Shown here in pieces: positions 12,932 to 27,306 of a stretch of DNA of 64,000 bases (its first letter is position 1; each line of letters starts with the position of its first letter). A program made the translations under genes and the position numbers. This DNA is from Octopus sinensis (Eukaryota): positions 81,840,001-81,904,000 of the forward strand of contig NC_042999.1 of NCBI RefSeq assembly GCF_006345805.1, in the 5' to 3' direction. Below the pieces are notes generated by a model that saw only the letters and a program-made list of their open reading frames with translations, had not been told where the DNA came from and ran no database searches.

Positions 12932-13927
12932 TTGATATACAGACATATATACATATATATATGTGCATGTATACTATATATGGATGTATATATATATATA
13001 TATGTATTATGTACATACATGCGCGCGCACGCACACACACACATATATATATATATATACATTTATATATATATACATACATATGTATATATGCGTGTGT
13101 CCTTCATGAAAATTAATACTGTCTAAACAAAATAGGACATTTGAACTATTTCAATATATATCCGTATTTAGTATTCGTAATATATTAATATTTTAAAATC
13201 ATTTTGATTATTCATACTGGAAAATTGAATACTTTTATATGTGGGGAAGGAGCTATGTTTTAGAAATACTGAACCATGTTGCAAGTAAGTTTTGAGCGCA
13301 TAAAAATCTGAAGGTCTAGACCACGTAAGAGAAAACAGATAGAGTTCAATACGCTATATACGACGATCTTTTTATCGACTCCATTATGGTATTGTCGAGA
13401 AACTCAGGATTTCAGCTCAATTTTGAATGTAGGTTTAGCATAAAGCATATTTGTTAGTTCACACCTGAGCAATTCACCAGTATTTGGTTTAAAGGCGTCT
13501 GCTACTGATGTCGAAAAACGAACAGTAAGCATAATTAAATGTCAGAATGAGATTGAAACAGTAATCGCTCGATAATGTAAAGTATAGAAGCCATCTTATC
13601 ATGGCTAACCATATTGGGGAGGGGGCGTTACTGTAGCTTTATAGCCCCAAGAGATCTTCGTCTCTAGCTGGCTTTAGACACAATATCAGCGTCCTTGGAG
13701 TATTTCCAAAGGGAGGCCATCCTTCCTCGCAAGCCTGAGTGATACGCTCGAACTAGTTTCGGGATTGTTGTCCCTCGTCAACGGGCGGTAACCACCAGGT
13801 CGCGATGAAAGTGAAGGCCTCTTTGCAAACATATACAAGTTTTTCTAATGGCGTGTGCCACTGATGTCGAAAAACGAACAGTAAGCATAATAAATAAAGA
13901 GTAGTCGGCTGTACATACCTCGCTATG

Positions 13928-13966
<39 letters not shown>

Positions 13967-14271
13967 ATAATATAATATATATATATATATATATATATCT
14001 TATCCACGCCATTCCTTAACTCTTGTATTCTTATTCGCATACCTGGCAACCCTTCTATTTTTTGTAACTTCGATAAAAAAAAACAAATTCCACAACCTTC
14101 TGTCTCAATAAACTACTACTGTCTCTGAAAGTTGTTGTTTTCTTTATATTTACAACGGTTTTCTTGAAGCTAACTTTCTACCTACACCTCGATCCTTGGA
14201 TCTTGTATATATATATAAAACACTTAAAAGAATATGAAACTGTCGAAACCCATGTATGATTAGAAGCAAAA

Positions 14272-14477
14272 TTAATAGTTGTCGTGCTGTACGACATCAG
14301 GGGAAAATGGACCCTTCAGTTCATTTGTGGGAGAATTTGAACCATATCGAAACAGTTGTTTTACAAAGTACCCATCACTACTCGGAGAATTAGCAGTACT
14401 GTACTGCAACCATTTAGTGCCCGTAGTTACTGGATTGTAGTATTTTTCTTTGTTGCATGGACTCAATTTTATAAGAC
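14272..14477 (-). CDS. Candidate terminal exon on minus strand (GLIKLSPCNKEKYYNPVTTGTKWLQY...PFSPDVVQHDNY*)
   Basis: Acceptor ttactgaaatttctag|G followed by a single open frame of 67 codons to TAA in unique AT-rich DNA; the other two frames close early. No homologue recognised. Confidence 0.25.
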
Positions 14478-15241
14478 CTAGAAATTTCAGTAATGGACAC
14501 AATAACATAGGGCTGATATAATTATGAAATACTGGCATAAGAACAAGTTATTGTGTCATATAACAAAGCACTTAACAAACATTTCCGAGAAAGGAGATAA
14601 ACATATTCCTAATCACAAAATTATCAAGTGTTTGGTTTGTCCATCACTTATTAAACAAATGTATCTGCGGTCTAGTCATGTTTTAAATAAGTGTATTTTC
14701 TGTTTTTTCCTTTAATTTTTTTGTTTTTTCGTTTATAGAAACATACTGAGAAGAATTTATTGCATGGTTGTCTATATTTCTTTCTATATTGTGCCTTGAA
14801 AAACTTTCGTTTATCAATATAAACATGGTTTGCATCCAACCCTGACATTTAATACTGTAAATCGCACATATGTTATATGTCAACAAAGCACAATATTCTT
14901 TGCAGAGAATAATTTTTAAAATATTCTAGAAATACAAAAAGTATTGCGGTAAAAAAGAAAATAATAGACAAGGTAAATACTAAAGAGGGAGATAGGTAAT
15001 ACAGACTGTATATCATGCAGATATTATAAACGGATCTAAGCTCATAATTCATCGTCAAAAATATAAATATAAGCAATATCACATGCTTTATTTCCGGATA
15101 AACTCATGTAAGTTTGCATAATTTTACATGACTTTGAAAAATGAGAATATGGAGGCTAAAATATTTTTGCGTATGCATTCATATATATGTACATTCGTAT
15201 GTATGTATGTGAGTGTGTATGTGAACGTACAATATCTCTCT

Positions 15242-15324
<83 letters not shown>

Positions 15325-15637
15325 CATATATATACATACATATATATCTATGCATATGTGTGTGAATATATAAACGTATACATACATATATATATACATA
15401 TATAATATATATTTATATATACTTATATATACATATTTATATATATATATATACATGTGTGTATATGTTTGTATAGATATGCATATTCATACACATACGA
15501 GCGCGCGTAACCTCTATACTTCATCATCTTCACATTTGTTGATATGTTTCAGAAGTGCGCTTTATGAATATAGTTGACACCGTTGCAAATTGTATCTTTT
15601 GTAGCTTTCATTCCAAGTCACTTTGATCTTTATACAG

Positions 15638-15815
15638 AGAATGTGTGTCAGATCTCAACCAGTTTATGTACAGATTGGGAGGTTGAGGACGGTCATGTGG
15701 GAATTTCGGTCAGTTTTCTGCCAGGAGTGTGTATTCAGCCATCTTACATCCGAAACGGAAGCCCTTGTTCAAGCTTTAGCACAGCATATATACTACATGG
15801 CGGTCAGAACAATAG
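15638..15815 (+). CDS. Candidate internal exon of an unidentified plus-strand gene
   Basis: Acceptor tttgatctttatacag| (alternative in-frame acceptor at 15604), donor AG|GTATGA, GC-richer than flanks. Phase 1->2 frame reads NVCQISTSLCTDWEVEDGHVGISVSFLPG...AYILHGGQNN; a second frame is also open. Confidence 0.45.
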
Positions 15816-16390
15816 GTATGAAATGTGAGCTGAGTCCAAATTCAGGGTTGTTTCACCCTTTTGCTTGTGTGCAACAGCTCTGTGAGCAGCTATTATCTTA
15901 TTTAATCAAAACATTGCGACTATCTTTGGATGTTACTTTTTTTTTTTTGTAAAGTTTCAGCTCAGAGCTACGACCATGCTGATGCACCGCCGTTAAAATG
16001 ATATATACTTTTTGTGAATGCTTCAGTCTTTCTTACCAAAATGTTTTTCGAAAAGCAGTGTTATATTTCAATTATTTGGAATACATAACATTTAGGAGAA
16101 TATATATATAAATATATATATGTGTGTTTGTGTGTGTGTGTGTGTGTATGCGTGTGTGTGTGTGTGTGTGTGTTTGTGTGTGTGTGTGCATAAATACATA
16201 CATATATATATATAAAGAGAGAGAGGGGGAGAGAGAGAAAGAGAAAGAGAAAAAAATTTGTTTTGCAGCATTTAAGGGTATATTAGACCCATGATAATAA
16301 AGATATTACACAATTTGTACAAAATTAGGTTTTGTTCTTTCAACATAATTGCAGACTGGTTGCTTTTTTATAGAATGACTATTACACAGA

Positions 16391-16815
16391 AGTCCGGAGT
16401 GGTTGTGTTATAAAAACTTTGTTTCCCATCATCATGGTTCCAGGTTTAATCCCACTCCGTGACACCTTACGTAAATGTCTTCTGATATAGCCTCGGGCCG
16501 ATCAAAGCCTTGCGAGTGGATTTGTTAGACGGAAACTGAAAGACGTCCGTATCATATATATATATGTGTGTGTATGTGTGTGTGTGTGTGCGTGTATATT
16601 TATCTTTGTGTATCTTTCTATCTGTGTTTGTCCCAGACAACGGCTTAACAACTAGTGTTGGTGTGCTTATGACCTCGTAACGTAGAGGTTCGGCAAAAGA
16701 GACCGATAGCATGACTCCAAGGCTTAAAAAATAAGTCAATGGTGACTTGTTTGACTACAACCGATCAATGTGGTGCTCCATCTTGGCCAGAGTGAAATGG
16801 CTGAAACAAGTAAAA
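16391..16815 (+). mobile_element. Diverged CORE-type SINE (same family as 6072-6496)
   Basis: GCCTCGGGCCGATCAAAGCC...GACGGAAACTGAAAGA...GGTTCGGCAAAAGAGACCGATAG...CTGAAACAAGTAAAA. Confidence 0.85.
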
Positions 16816-16880
16816 AACATGAAAAATCTGCGTGAAATTGTAAATATATCTGTCGCAGTAATACATGTATATGTACACTA

Positions 16881-18964
<2,084 letters not shown>

Positions 18965-19329
18965 ATATATATGAGAGAGAAATATTAGAAAAGTATGCAA
19001 ATCAAATTTTCATAGATAAAAATGTAGGTGTAAATAGCGCAGTAGTAAGTTTAAGGCATTCAATTTACGAAGGAATTTAATAAAAATGATTTTCCTTCTG
19101 TCAATTTTCAAATCAATTTTATCGAATTTCTTCTTAAATTGAAATGTTTTCGACTTACTTCTAAGCAATTTCCACCTCCATCTCTAATATATATATATAT
19201 ATGGAATCAGTTTCACTGACACCATTTCTTATTTGCTCTCCCTACGATACAAAATTTATAAAAGGAGTCAAGGATTATATATAATGCTAATATTCTACAG
19301 AAAGACGTAGGTGCCATATATGTAAATGT

Positions 19330-20095
19330 GCAGCAGAAAACATCATGTTATTTAATTCCAGCTTCTCAGTTATCAGCCAGTATTCCGCAACAAAGATATT
19401 TCGGGTCAAAACTAGCGACTATCCTAAAGTCAAACACCGTAAGTTATCATGGCATTGATATGCGCGACAACACCTCATTTCATGTAATATCACCAGCTGT
19501 TGGCAGCTCGAAGGACCAGGAAACTATACTGGTTCTATGGAGCACATTTTTCTTCATCCGTTTAGGTTTCTCATCTCAATTGAGGTCACCACACAATATC
19601 AAATTAATAGCGAGACTTGAGGCTGTTCAGTAGTGCTACGTAAGGAAAATCAGTGGAACAACTGAATAGTTGGGAGAGATTGAAAAATTTATTACTCCAC
19701 TAATTAAAGCGAAGACGGGGGAAATATACGGTGATATACGCATGGAAGACTTTGGCATGGTGATTGATAGCAGCCCCAAAACCCAGATTATATATAATGG
19801 CACTATCTCAAATGTCCCGCTAATCCTATCTAGGGTAAGGACCAGGTACTGCAACATCTTGGGAGTCAAAGGACCACAATTATTTAATATTTTGCCAAAC
19901 AGTCTGAGAAATCTACATAGATTGGTTGTAGATGTTTTCAAGAAACAACTTAATTTCCTCCTGTCCAAGGTCCCACATAAACGACAAGAAATTCAAAAGA
20001 AAGCAGCAATATCAAACTTCCTCCCGCACTAAATGCCAAACAGAAACGAATGGCAACTGAAAGGGTAATAATACTGGCGGTGAGTATAGAGAATA
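19330..20095 (+). mobile_element. Decayed 3' portion of CR1-group LINE ORF2
   Basis: VLWSTFF...SQLRSPHNIKLIARLEAVQ; SRVRTRYCNILGVKGPQLFNILPNSLRNLH..VDVFKKQLNFLLSKVP. Same C-terminal motif class as GPALFNITP...FKNSLDRFL in the 39-43 kb element. Confidence 0.8.
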
Positions 20096-20224
20096 AAGTT
20101 GTTGTTAAGAAAAAACTAGCTGATATAGTGTCGAAGAATCATACAAATACATACTTTTAACTTTCTTATATTTGATCAGTCTATCCAGAAATTCCCCAGT
20201 GGATCAAATATATATGTATATATT

Positions 20225-20435
20225 TGTGAGTCTGTGTTTGTCCCCCAACCATTACTTGACGACCGATGTCGGTATGTTTAGTTACTCGTAAATTAGCGGT
20301 TCGGCAAAAAGACCGATAGAATAAGTAATTGATTTACAAAGAATAAGTTCTACGATCGAATTCTTCGACTAAAAAGGCGGTGCTCTAGCATGGCCGCAGT
20401 CAAATAACTGAAACAAATAAAACAATAAAAGAAAA
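20225..20435 (+). mobile_element. 3' half of the CORE-type SINE family
   Basis: TGTGTTTGTCCCCC...GCGGTTCGGCAAAAAGACCGATAGAATAAG...GGCCGCAGTCAAATAACTGAAACAA. Confidence 0.85.
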
Positions 20436-20479
20436 AATACGAAAAATGTTTAGAACTTTTATATGCTAATGTATAGAAA

Positions 20480-20960
20480 GATGATATAAAAAGGTAGTTC
20501 TTTCTCCTCCGTCTTATTTTTATTATATTTAGCGGATTCCAAACTTTTTGAGTTAAGGAATGCAATCTCCTGATTATATTTCGCCTTCAATAGAGCAGAG
20601 TCATAGAAGAGAGAATATGATTTAAATATTTCAACATTAGCCGACATGTTGTTAATGATTTTATTACATTTGTTGGGTGATTAGCATATTTGTTCACGTA
20701 CTTGGTAACCTCATCTGTTATTCTATGGAGGTAATATAAACCAGAGTTCAGATTTAGTGTAGTATCTAAGAATTTAACTACCTTAGTGTCGTGTTCGAAA
20801 GTGAGTCCTAGGTTAAAGTTTGTGACAAATTTTCTGATTTTCTTCCGCATTCTTTCTATGACGGTCTTATTATTACTAGGTATAAGGAATAATGCGTTAG
20901 CTTCATATAGACCACCCTATAGTTCAGGGAATTCCCTATTAAGAATCAGCACTTCGAAAA
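20480..20960 (-). mobile_element. Decayed Penelope-like RT C-terminal/thumb region
   Basis: GGLYEANAL (degenerate GLYRDDGL), ERMRKKIRK, VVKFLDTTLNLNSGLY, YVNKYANHPTNVIK, RLSANVEIF. Confidence 0.7.
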
Positions 20961-23349
20961 TTTTAGAGAGAGTATTTTTGTATTTTTATATATAGTGCAT
21001 GTCTGAACAACCAAGAGCAAATCTTTTCACTAAGTTGGGTGGTGTTATCTACATACATTTCTAGAATATTAACTGCCAACACTTCTACACAGAATCTCAC
21101 ATTCCTGGTCTTCTTTCTTCCAAATTCTTTCTTCCATATAAAGCATTCCTCCTTCTTTTACCACCCAGTTGTTACCATTTAGTGTAGACAAAGCCGGTTA
21201 TAAGGTTCCAGTAATTAGATAGTCTAGTAGGTTGTCATGATATTAATTAATTTATCACCTTTCTCTGGAATACAGCTACAATTCCCCAAACATTTAATTT
21301 TGGATGATTGAAGACTACATTCCCCCTATTGGCTTCGAAGTCGAGGTTACTAGGTCACTATTCTCAATTATGCTTCCCTCCACATAAACAACTACTGACC
21401 TCTAAATTCTAATAGGTTCGATACTACATTGACTATTTTTCTAAACCGATTCTGCCAAAGATATAGTAGCAAAATCAATGTAAATATTTGAGCTCCGTTG
21501 GTGATACGTATATGTTAAAGCATTTGGTTTGCCCTTTCGGTTTGAAGTCTATGTAGTTATCTGACGAAAACGGTTTCTTTGCAATGATGCAATGTTTTCA
21601 TTAATCAATGAAAGGAGTCGCTTGAAACGGCTGTAAGGAATTGACACATGTACATCTTTGTTACTCATATTTTATTCAACTACCGTGGAATTTTATAAAA
21701 AGAATTTTTGTATTTTTATATAAAGTACATGCCTGAACAACCAAGAGCAGATATCATCACTATGTTGGGCCGTGTTATCTACACACACTGCAAGAATATC
21801 AAATACAAACACTACTGTACACTGTTTGCTATTCACCTGATATGTTTTGGATGTGCAAATTAGATCGACCTAACAAGGTGCCTCAATTTAAGTACCCAGG
21901 TCAACCGAATATTTATTATTATTATCATTATATATATATATATATTAGAGAGAGAGAGAGAGAGACGTATATGTACATGTATGTGTGTGTGTGTGTATAC
22001 ACAGGCACATTCGCACGCACTCCGACATATACAGGAAGAGGGGGAATGGTGTAGACAGTAGGAAGAATATTGTATAAGAATGTAAGAACCAGTGGTGAAT
22101 GCCTCAGGATATAATTTTACGACAACTCCAACCATTGGTGTTCACTATCAGGCAGAAATTACAACCGGATATGAATTCATTTTTTTGGGGGGGGGGCAAA
22201 AATGTAATTATAAGAATGACTGATAGCATTTGACGCAAGATAAATTATCTCTTCCGTCTTTCCCATTAATTTGTATGTCAAATCCCTCCCCGTAATATGG
22301 AATAAAAGTAGCACAATTCTGTGAATCTAGCACATCATCAACATTTCATATCTATATTGGTAGGCACTGAACTAATTTCTTCAAATATATAGATGGAAAT
22401 TTCAATCGTTGTGTTTACAACACCATAAAGCTTCTATCAAAGTTAGTGCTCAGGAGAAATATTGTACTGTACTAAATGAATATAACATCGACATAACGTT
22501 AGCAATTTCCTCTACTTGTATCGATTTCAAAATTTGAATGTTGCCAGTCAAAGCAACAATGTAGGCTTTAAAATACGCGTAAATAATATTTCTTATATAA
22601 ATAAGGGATAGTTGTGCGTGGAAATATTTTTCATTGCGTTTGCTCTATTAGGATTCACCTTGAAATATATAAACATCATAGTTTAATCTATCATATCAAC
22701 TACCATAATCCTAACATTACAATTTGCACGCAAAGAAAATCGACACAGAATATCTAATAATGGTATAAAATGGAATATTGAATAGTTAGTAAAACAGACA
22801 CGATAGAAATGCTCACGACATTTTACTTTCTGATATCAAATGTTCGAATTTTCTTTTATTTTCAGCATTTCACATTTAATCTCGAACTGATTCTTGATAT
22901 CAAATGGTTTCGCAAAGATAAAATTTCATTTAATGCTAAAAGTCACCATTATATTTATTTCGATTCAATTGGTTCTAGATGCCCAACCATGCTACTTTTT
23001 ACGCTAAGAGAATTGTTACAAAAGTTTTATAAATCCTTCCAAAATCTCTTCAATTTATACGAAAGCAATAGGGAACTAGGAATCCTTCAATGGAACATCT
23101 GGATATTCTGTTATCTTGCGGCAAATTTACTTGAATTGTTTGCTATTGCCCAAATCTAATGCGAACTTGCAGCCAAATAAACTGTAAAAAGTCTCAAAGA
23201 AGACGCCAGAGATGAATATTAATAAACAGACCAAAATGGTAATTCAAATTTTACTCTTTCACAACTGAGTAACAAGTCCACTGTACACAGCCATTTGGTA
23301 TTTAGATATTTAAGACATTAATTTCCATTTCCTAGTTCTCACCTTACAG

Positions 23350-23417
23350 GTCAGTGACAGCAATCAGATTTCCAGAAGTATATGTGACACATGATGGAAT
23401 TGTTTGCAGGAAAATAA
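23350..23417 (+). CDS. Candidate internal exon (SVTAIRFPEVYVTHDGIVCRKI)
   Basis: Strong acceptor tttcctagttctcaccttacag|G. Only the phase-2 frame is open, matching the phase-2 end of exon 15638-15815. The donor AA|GTGAAT is moderate. Confidence 0.4.
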
Positions 23418-24068
23418 GTGAATCACATATTTTTGTTATGAAACTGCAGTTAAACAGATTTTGAAACTATATTCTTAGCCGTCTGTCGGGGTTTCATATT
23501 TATGGTTCATCAGCAAAATCAGTAGAGCGTAAGACTACTAAATGCATCGTGATATTTATTAACGTGTCTTTACTTTCTTCTTTCAAACTCCGACATCATT
23601 ATCTACACTACTATTTATGCCTATGCTGGAAAGTAATATCAACATTACAATATTTGAAAGATATGCATCATTAACACTCCGAAATGCATTATATCTTAGA
23701 TCTCTGTTGTTATAGAAGGAAGAAATAAAAGCGAAAATTTGTTGTCGGAATTCTCATCATTGCAAATATAGAGTAGAATAAATAATTGAATTAATATAGC
23801 AAGTGAAAATACATCGGAGCAATATGGAATTGCAGCTTTCGTCATATTATTTCAGAAAGCTGTGAAATGAGTTAAATTCCGTCAAATTGTAATCAGTTGG
23901 AAAACTCTTACACTTCTACGCCGAGTATTGCTCAGTCTCAAAATTTAAAACTGACGTTCCGAAACACTACAAAGTAAAACTGACATTATACATGATACGT
24001 TTTATGCAATGTTCCTTTGCACGCAGGCTGCAAGGAACTTAATAGCATAAATTGTTTTCACTATATAG

Positions 24069-24134
24069 GTTATTCTGTTTATATTACGACACCATACGTT
24101 TATTGAATTTGGAGTTTTACCTTCTTTCATATAG
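24069..24134 (+). CDS. Candidate 66-nt exon (LFCLYYDTIRLLNLEFYLLSY, phase 2->2)
   Basis: Acceptor ttttcactatatag|G, strong donor AG|GTATGT; only one frame is open through the whole exon. Confidence 0.3.
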   Translation, partial: VILFILRHHTFIEFGVLPSFI

Positions 24135-24427
24135 GTATGTAATAATAATGAAGATAATAAATTATTTTGCTATTAGGTGGAGTATTGTTTTTAAAAAAAC
24201 ATTATATTAGGTAAAACATGGTGAAATACGGGTTTGTATCCTTCTGCAGTAATCTTTGTGAACTTTCAGGGAGGGAGGAGATTTTCCTGTTTCTATTCTT
24301 AAGCTGTTAGCACTTTTAATAGAAGTCCAGATACTTTTCAGTATCTATGAATACAAAGAATTCAGTAAAATTTCATGCGTTGTTGTTGATGTTATCGTTA
24401 TCATTATCACCATGATCATTATCATTA

Positions 24428-24575
24428 TATTGGATTGGCAACTAAGTTCCCGCCGTTTTTTTTATTTGAATTTTTTAAAAGGTTTAATAAAAAATAACAA
24501 CTAATTAATCAATAATGTATTCACCCTTCTTGTTTACAACTTCTTCCCAACGTTCAACAAGATTTTCAATAGATT
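24428..24575 (-). mobile_element. 3' end of a mariner (Tc1/mariner) transposon with one TIR
   Basis: Minus strand reads IENLVERWEEVVNKKGEYIID*, the typical mariner transposase C-terminus. The element ends in TA-TTGGATTGGCAACTAAG (TIR plus TA site). Confidence 0.85.
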
Positions 24576-25791
24576 TTGGTGTATATGCATCCATTTGGTG
24601 GATAATTCATATGATGCATTGTCATCAGCATTCGGATTTTCGCATCAACTTTGTTGATATCAGAGTCACGCCAGTTTATAACATCCTAGTTACATGTGAT
24701 TATCAACATAGCTAATGTGTCTATGACCTAAATTTTATTTCAGGCATTCAACTCGGTTTTCACAGTATCTCTTACTCTACGATAGCATTTCTGTTGTTTG
24801 GTTATTAATCGTCTTTATTTTTTCAAACAATGCGGTTTTATATCGATTTTGAATAAGTAAAAGAATACTCGACTTCAGTAGCTCCATGGGGTGTTGGTAG
24901 CTAGTCGCCTTATCATCATACATCTGAAATCTATGTTATTAATTTTGTATGTAGTAAATTCAAAGACAAAGGTATACAGATTAACACTTATTTTTATTGG
25001 GAGAAAAACTAAACTCTTCAGAATATCTACTCAAACAATCTTTTACGCAACGCCAAAACATACTGATATGGAGTATTAATTCTCATATCGGATGTAAGTC
25101 ATACATGTTAGGAGAAAATAGTTTGTTTTTTTTTTAAATTAACCTCAAGAATAACTTTAGAGTTGTTGTAGGAACTCCATACTGATGAAAGTTTTAAAAG
25201 AAAATATCTTACCGGTGCTTTAACTTAAAATTTAAAGCATAATCAACTATTGGTCATTTTTTACTGTATCTACAAATTCTTTAATTTCCACCTCCTGACG
25301 AGATACTAATTATGAGAACAGTTAAGTGACGAGTGAAGAAATAAGCATAAAAATAAAGAACGCCATCACTGCTTCTTTCAGTTCCTAATCTGTGAATGCG
25401 ATCAACGTTGGCTTTCCTTGTCGATAAAATATGTACCAATTATATATTGGAGTGAAACCAATAGACTGAATTCTCTTCCAAACAAATTAGTTTTCTTCGT
25501 AGTCAAATTTAGTAACAAGGACATATGAGCAGGAGCAATTTTTATGTCAGAATTATTGAATACAGAGAGTATTATTTGTTAGAAGAAAGTCGTTACAAGG
25601 AAAGCTTTTGTTAGAGTACGCGTTCATTTCATTTAAAAGCCACTGCATATTCTGAAAGCGATTTTGTTGTCTCATTATTCTTTTCAATGTTTTGAAAATG
25701 TTTTTGTTTGGGTTGTTACTGAATTTTATAAATGACGTTGCTATTATGCGGAATGTATATTTCAAATGTCATAAATAGTTTGATGACTGAG

Positions 25792-25827
<36 letters not shown>

Positions 25828-25980
25828 GGTGGTGGTGGTGGTGGTAGTAGTAGTAGTAGTAGCAGCAGCTGCAGCAGATAGACAGACGGACAGAGTGATA
25901 GACAGACAGTCAGACAGAGAGGCGGACAGACAGACGGACGGACGGACAGACGGACAGATAGACATGAAGTGATTGAGAAG

Positions 25981-26027
25981 CATTCATCTCTAAGCCCTGC
26001 TTTTCACCCAGGACTTAGAGATGAATG
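25981..26027 (-). other. 19-bp stem-loop with 9-nt loop
   Basis: CATTCATCTCTAAG / CTTAGAGATGAATG (14 bp perfect) plus CCTG/CAGG; the one C/A mismatch on + is a G-U wobble on the minus strand. Confidence 0.85.
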
Positions 26028-27009
26028 AGAAAATATCAGAAAAAAAATCGTAACACTTAAGCAATTTTAAGCAACATCTCATTGCACTATATACACTTAG
26101 ATAGAGGTGTGGATAAAAGTAAACAACATGGTCATAGCTAATATTCTAACGGTTGATAGGCCAGCTGTATGCAGTAAGGTTGCTCTAGGCTAAAACGGTA
26201 TCAGCAATTTATTAGTACGGAATAACCATCATGATAAATTCGACGTTAACATAATACAAAACAATGAAAAACTTCTGTAATGAATGTTTTTCTTCTCAAA
26301 TGATTGATATTGCAAATTTACTCTGAAAATCTTTTTAACCAGTTTCATTTGCTGAATTGTCAAAGGATATATATTTTCACGTGTATAATTTTTATGTATT
26401 CTACATTTTCGTAGATGAATGTAATATGAAATTTATATATGAATACAAATAGCAACATAAAACGTTTAATAAATACCTCTTTCACTATCCAGTTGGTAAT
26501 TATATAATTATATCTAGTGTCCTACGTCTTGTTTACAATTACTATGGTCATAAGTGACTCATTGCAATTATGTATGGATAATAACACTTAGATTGACTTT
26601 CTGTTGCGGTTTCTAACTCCACAGAGAACAATCGCCTTGATTATATGCTGCACTGCCTGTTTACAGCGCTAATATATATATCTAATTTATAGTACATATT
26701 CACAAGTATCTGGTCTTCATGAGCAGTTATCAAAGTTAGAACGTTATGTAAGAGTAACTGCTTTAGCTATCATATCGAGGGTTTCCTTAAATTGCAAAAT
26801 TGTAGTAGTATTCTTCTAATCCATATTCTGTAATAACTAATTAATGGTATAATTAAGCATTACACATGAGGTTGTCTACTGAGGTGAATGCGATAGACAA
26901 ACTACAGTGCTATAAAAATGACTGCACTATTAATATTAACCTAATCAATTTCATTAACAATTGACTGGCAGTCTGAAAGTAATAAAAGGAAGTTTTCTTT
27001 CTATGTCAG

Positions 27010-27306
27010 AAAATCAAACCGATACATCAACTATTGCTGAACGTGCATCGGCAAAAGTAATCTCATCGCTGAGCACAATAATCTGCATGTATATAAATTC
27101 TCTTCGCTCTATCTGTTTGCTCATTTCTGGAATCATAACGCTATCGTATTTTATTTTTGTAATATATTATGATCATTAATTTTAACTTACAGCGTTTTTC
27201 TATTTACAGTCAGTTATATAGAAACACAACTGGCTTCACTGGCCGCAGGCAGAGTGTAGTAAACGAGACAAGATATGAACCACTCACATTAAACCAAGCA
27301 ATTTGA
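27010..27306 (+). other. Two exon-like segments: 27010-27056 and 27210-27306 (possible terminal exon)
   Basis: Acceptors ttttctttctatgtcag| and tttttctatttacag|; donor AAA|GTAATC at 27057. The phase-2 frame of the second reads QLYRNTTGFTGRRQSVVNETRYEPLTLNQAI*, with AATAAA at 27505. Confidence 0.3.

Noticed and set aside
15680-15815. Resemblance of DGHVGISV...YILHGG to kelch or RAG2-like blades
   Set aside because: Only a few generic residues match, a second frame is equally open, and there is no RAG1-like ORF or TIR nearby; not enough to name a gene.
23478-23517. Minus-strand CTGATGA...GAAA spacing
   Set aside because: No stem I, II or III pairing; chance match. The same applies to CTGANGA hits inside LINE coding regions.
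25288-25332. CTGACGA-GATA-CTAAT-TATG-AGAAC, hammerhead-like
   Set aside because: GAAA box and stem II closure are mutated and stems I and III do not form.
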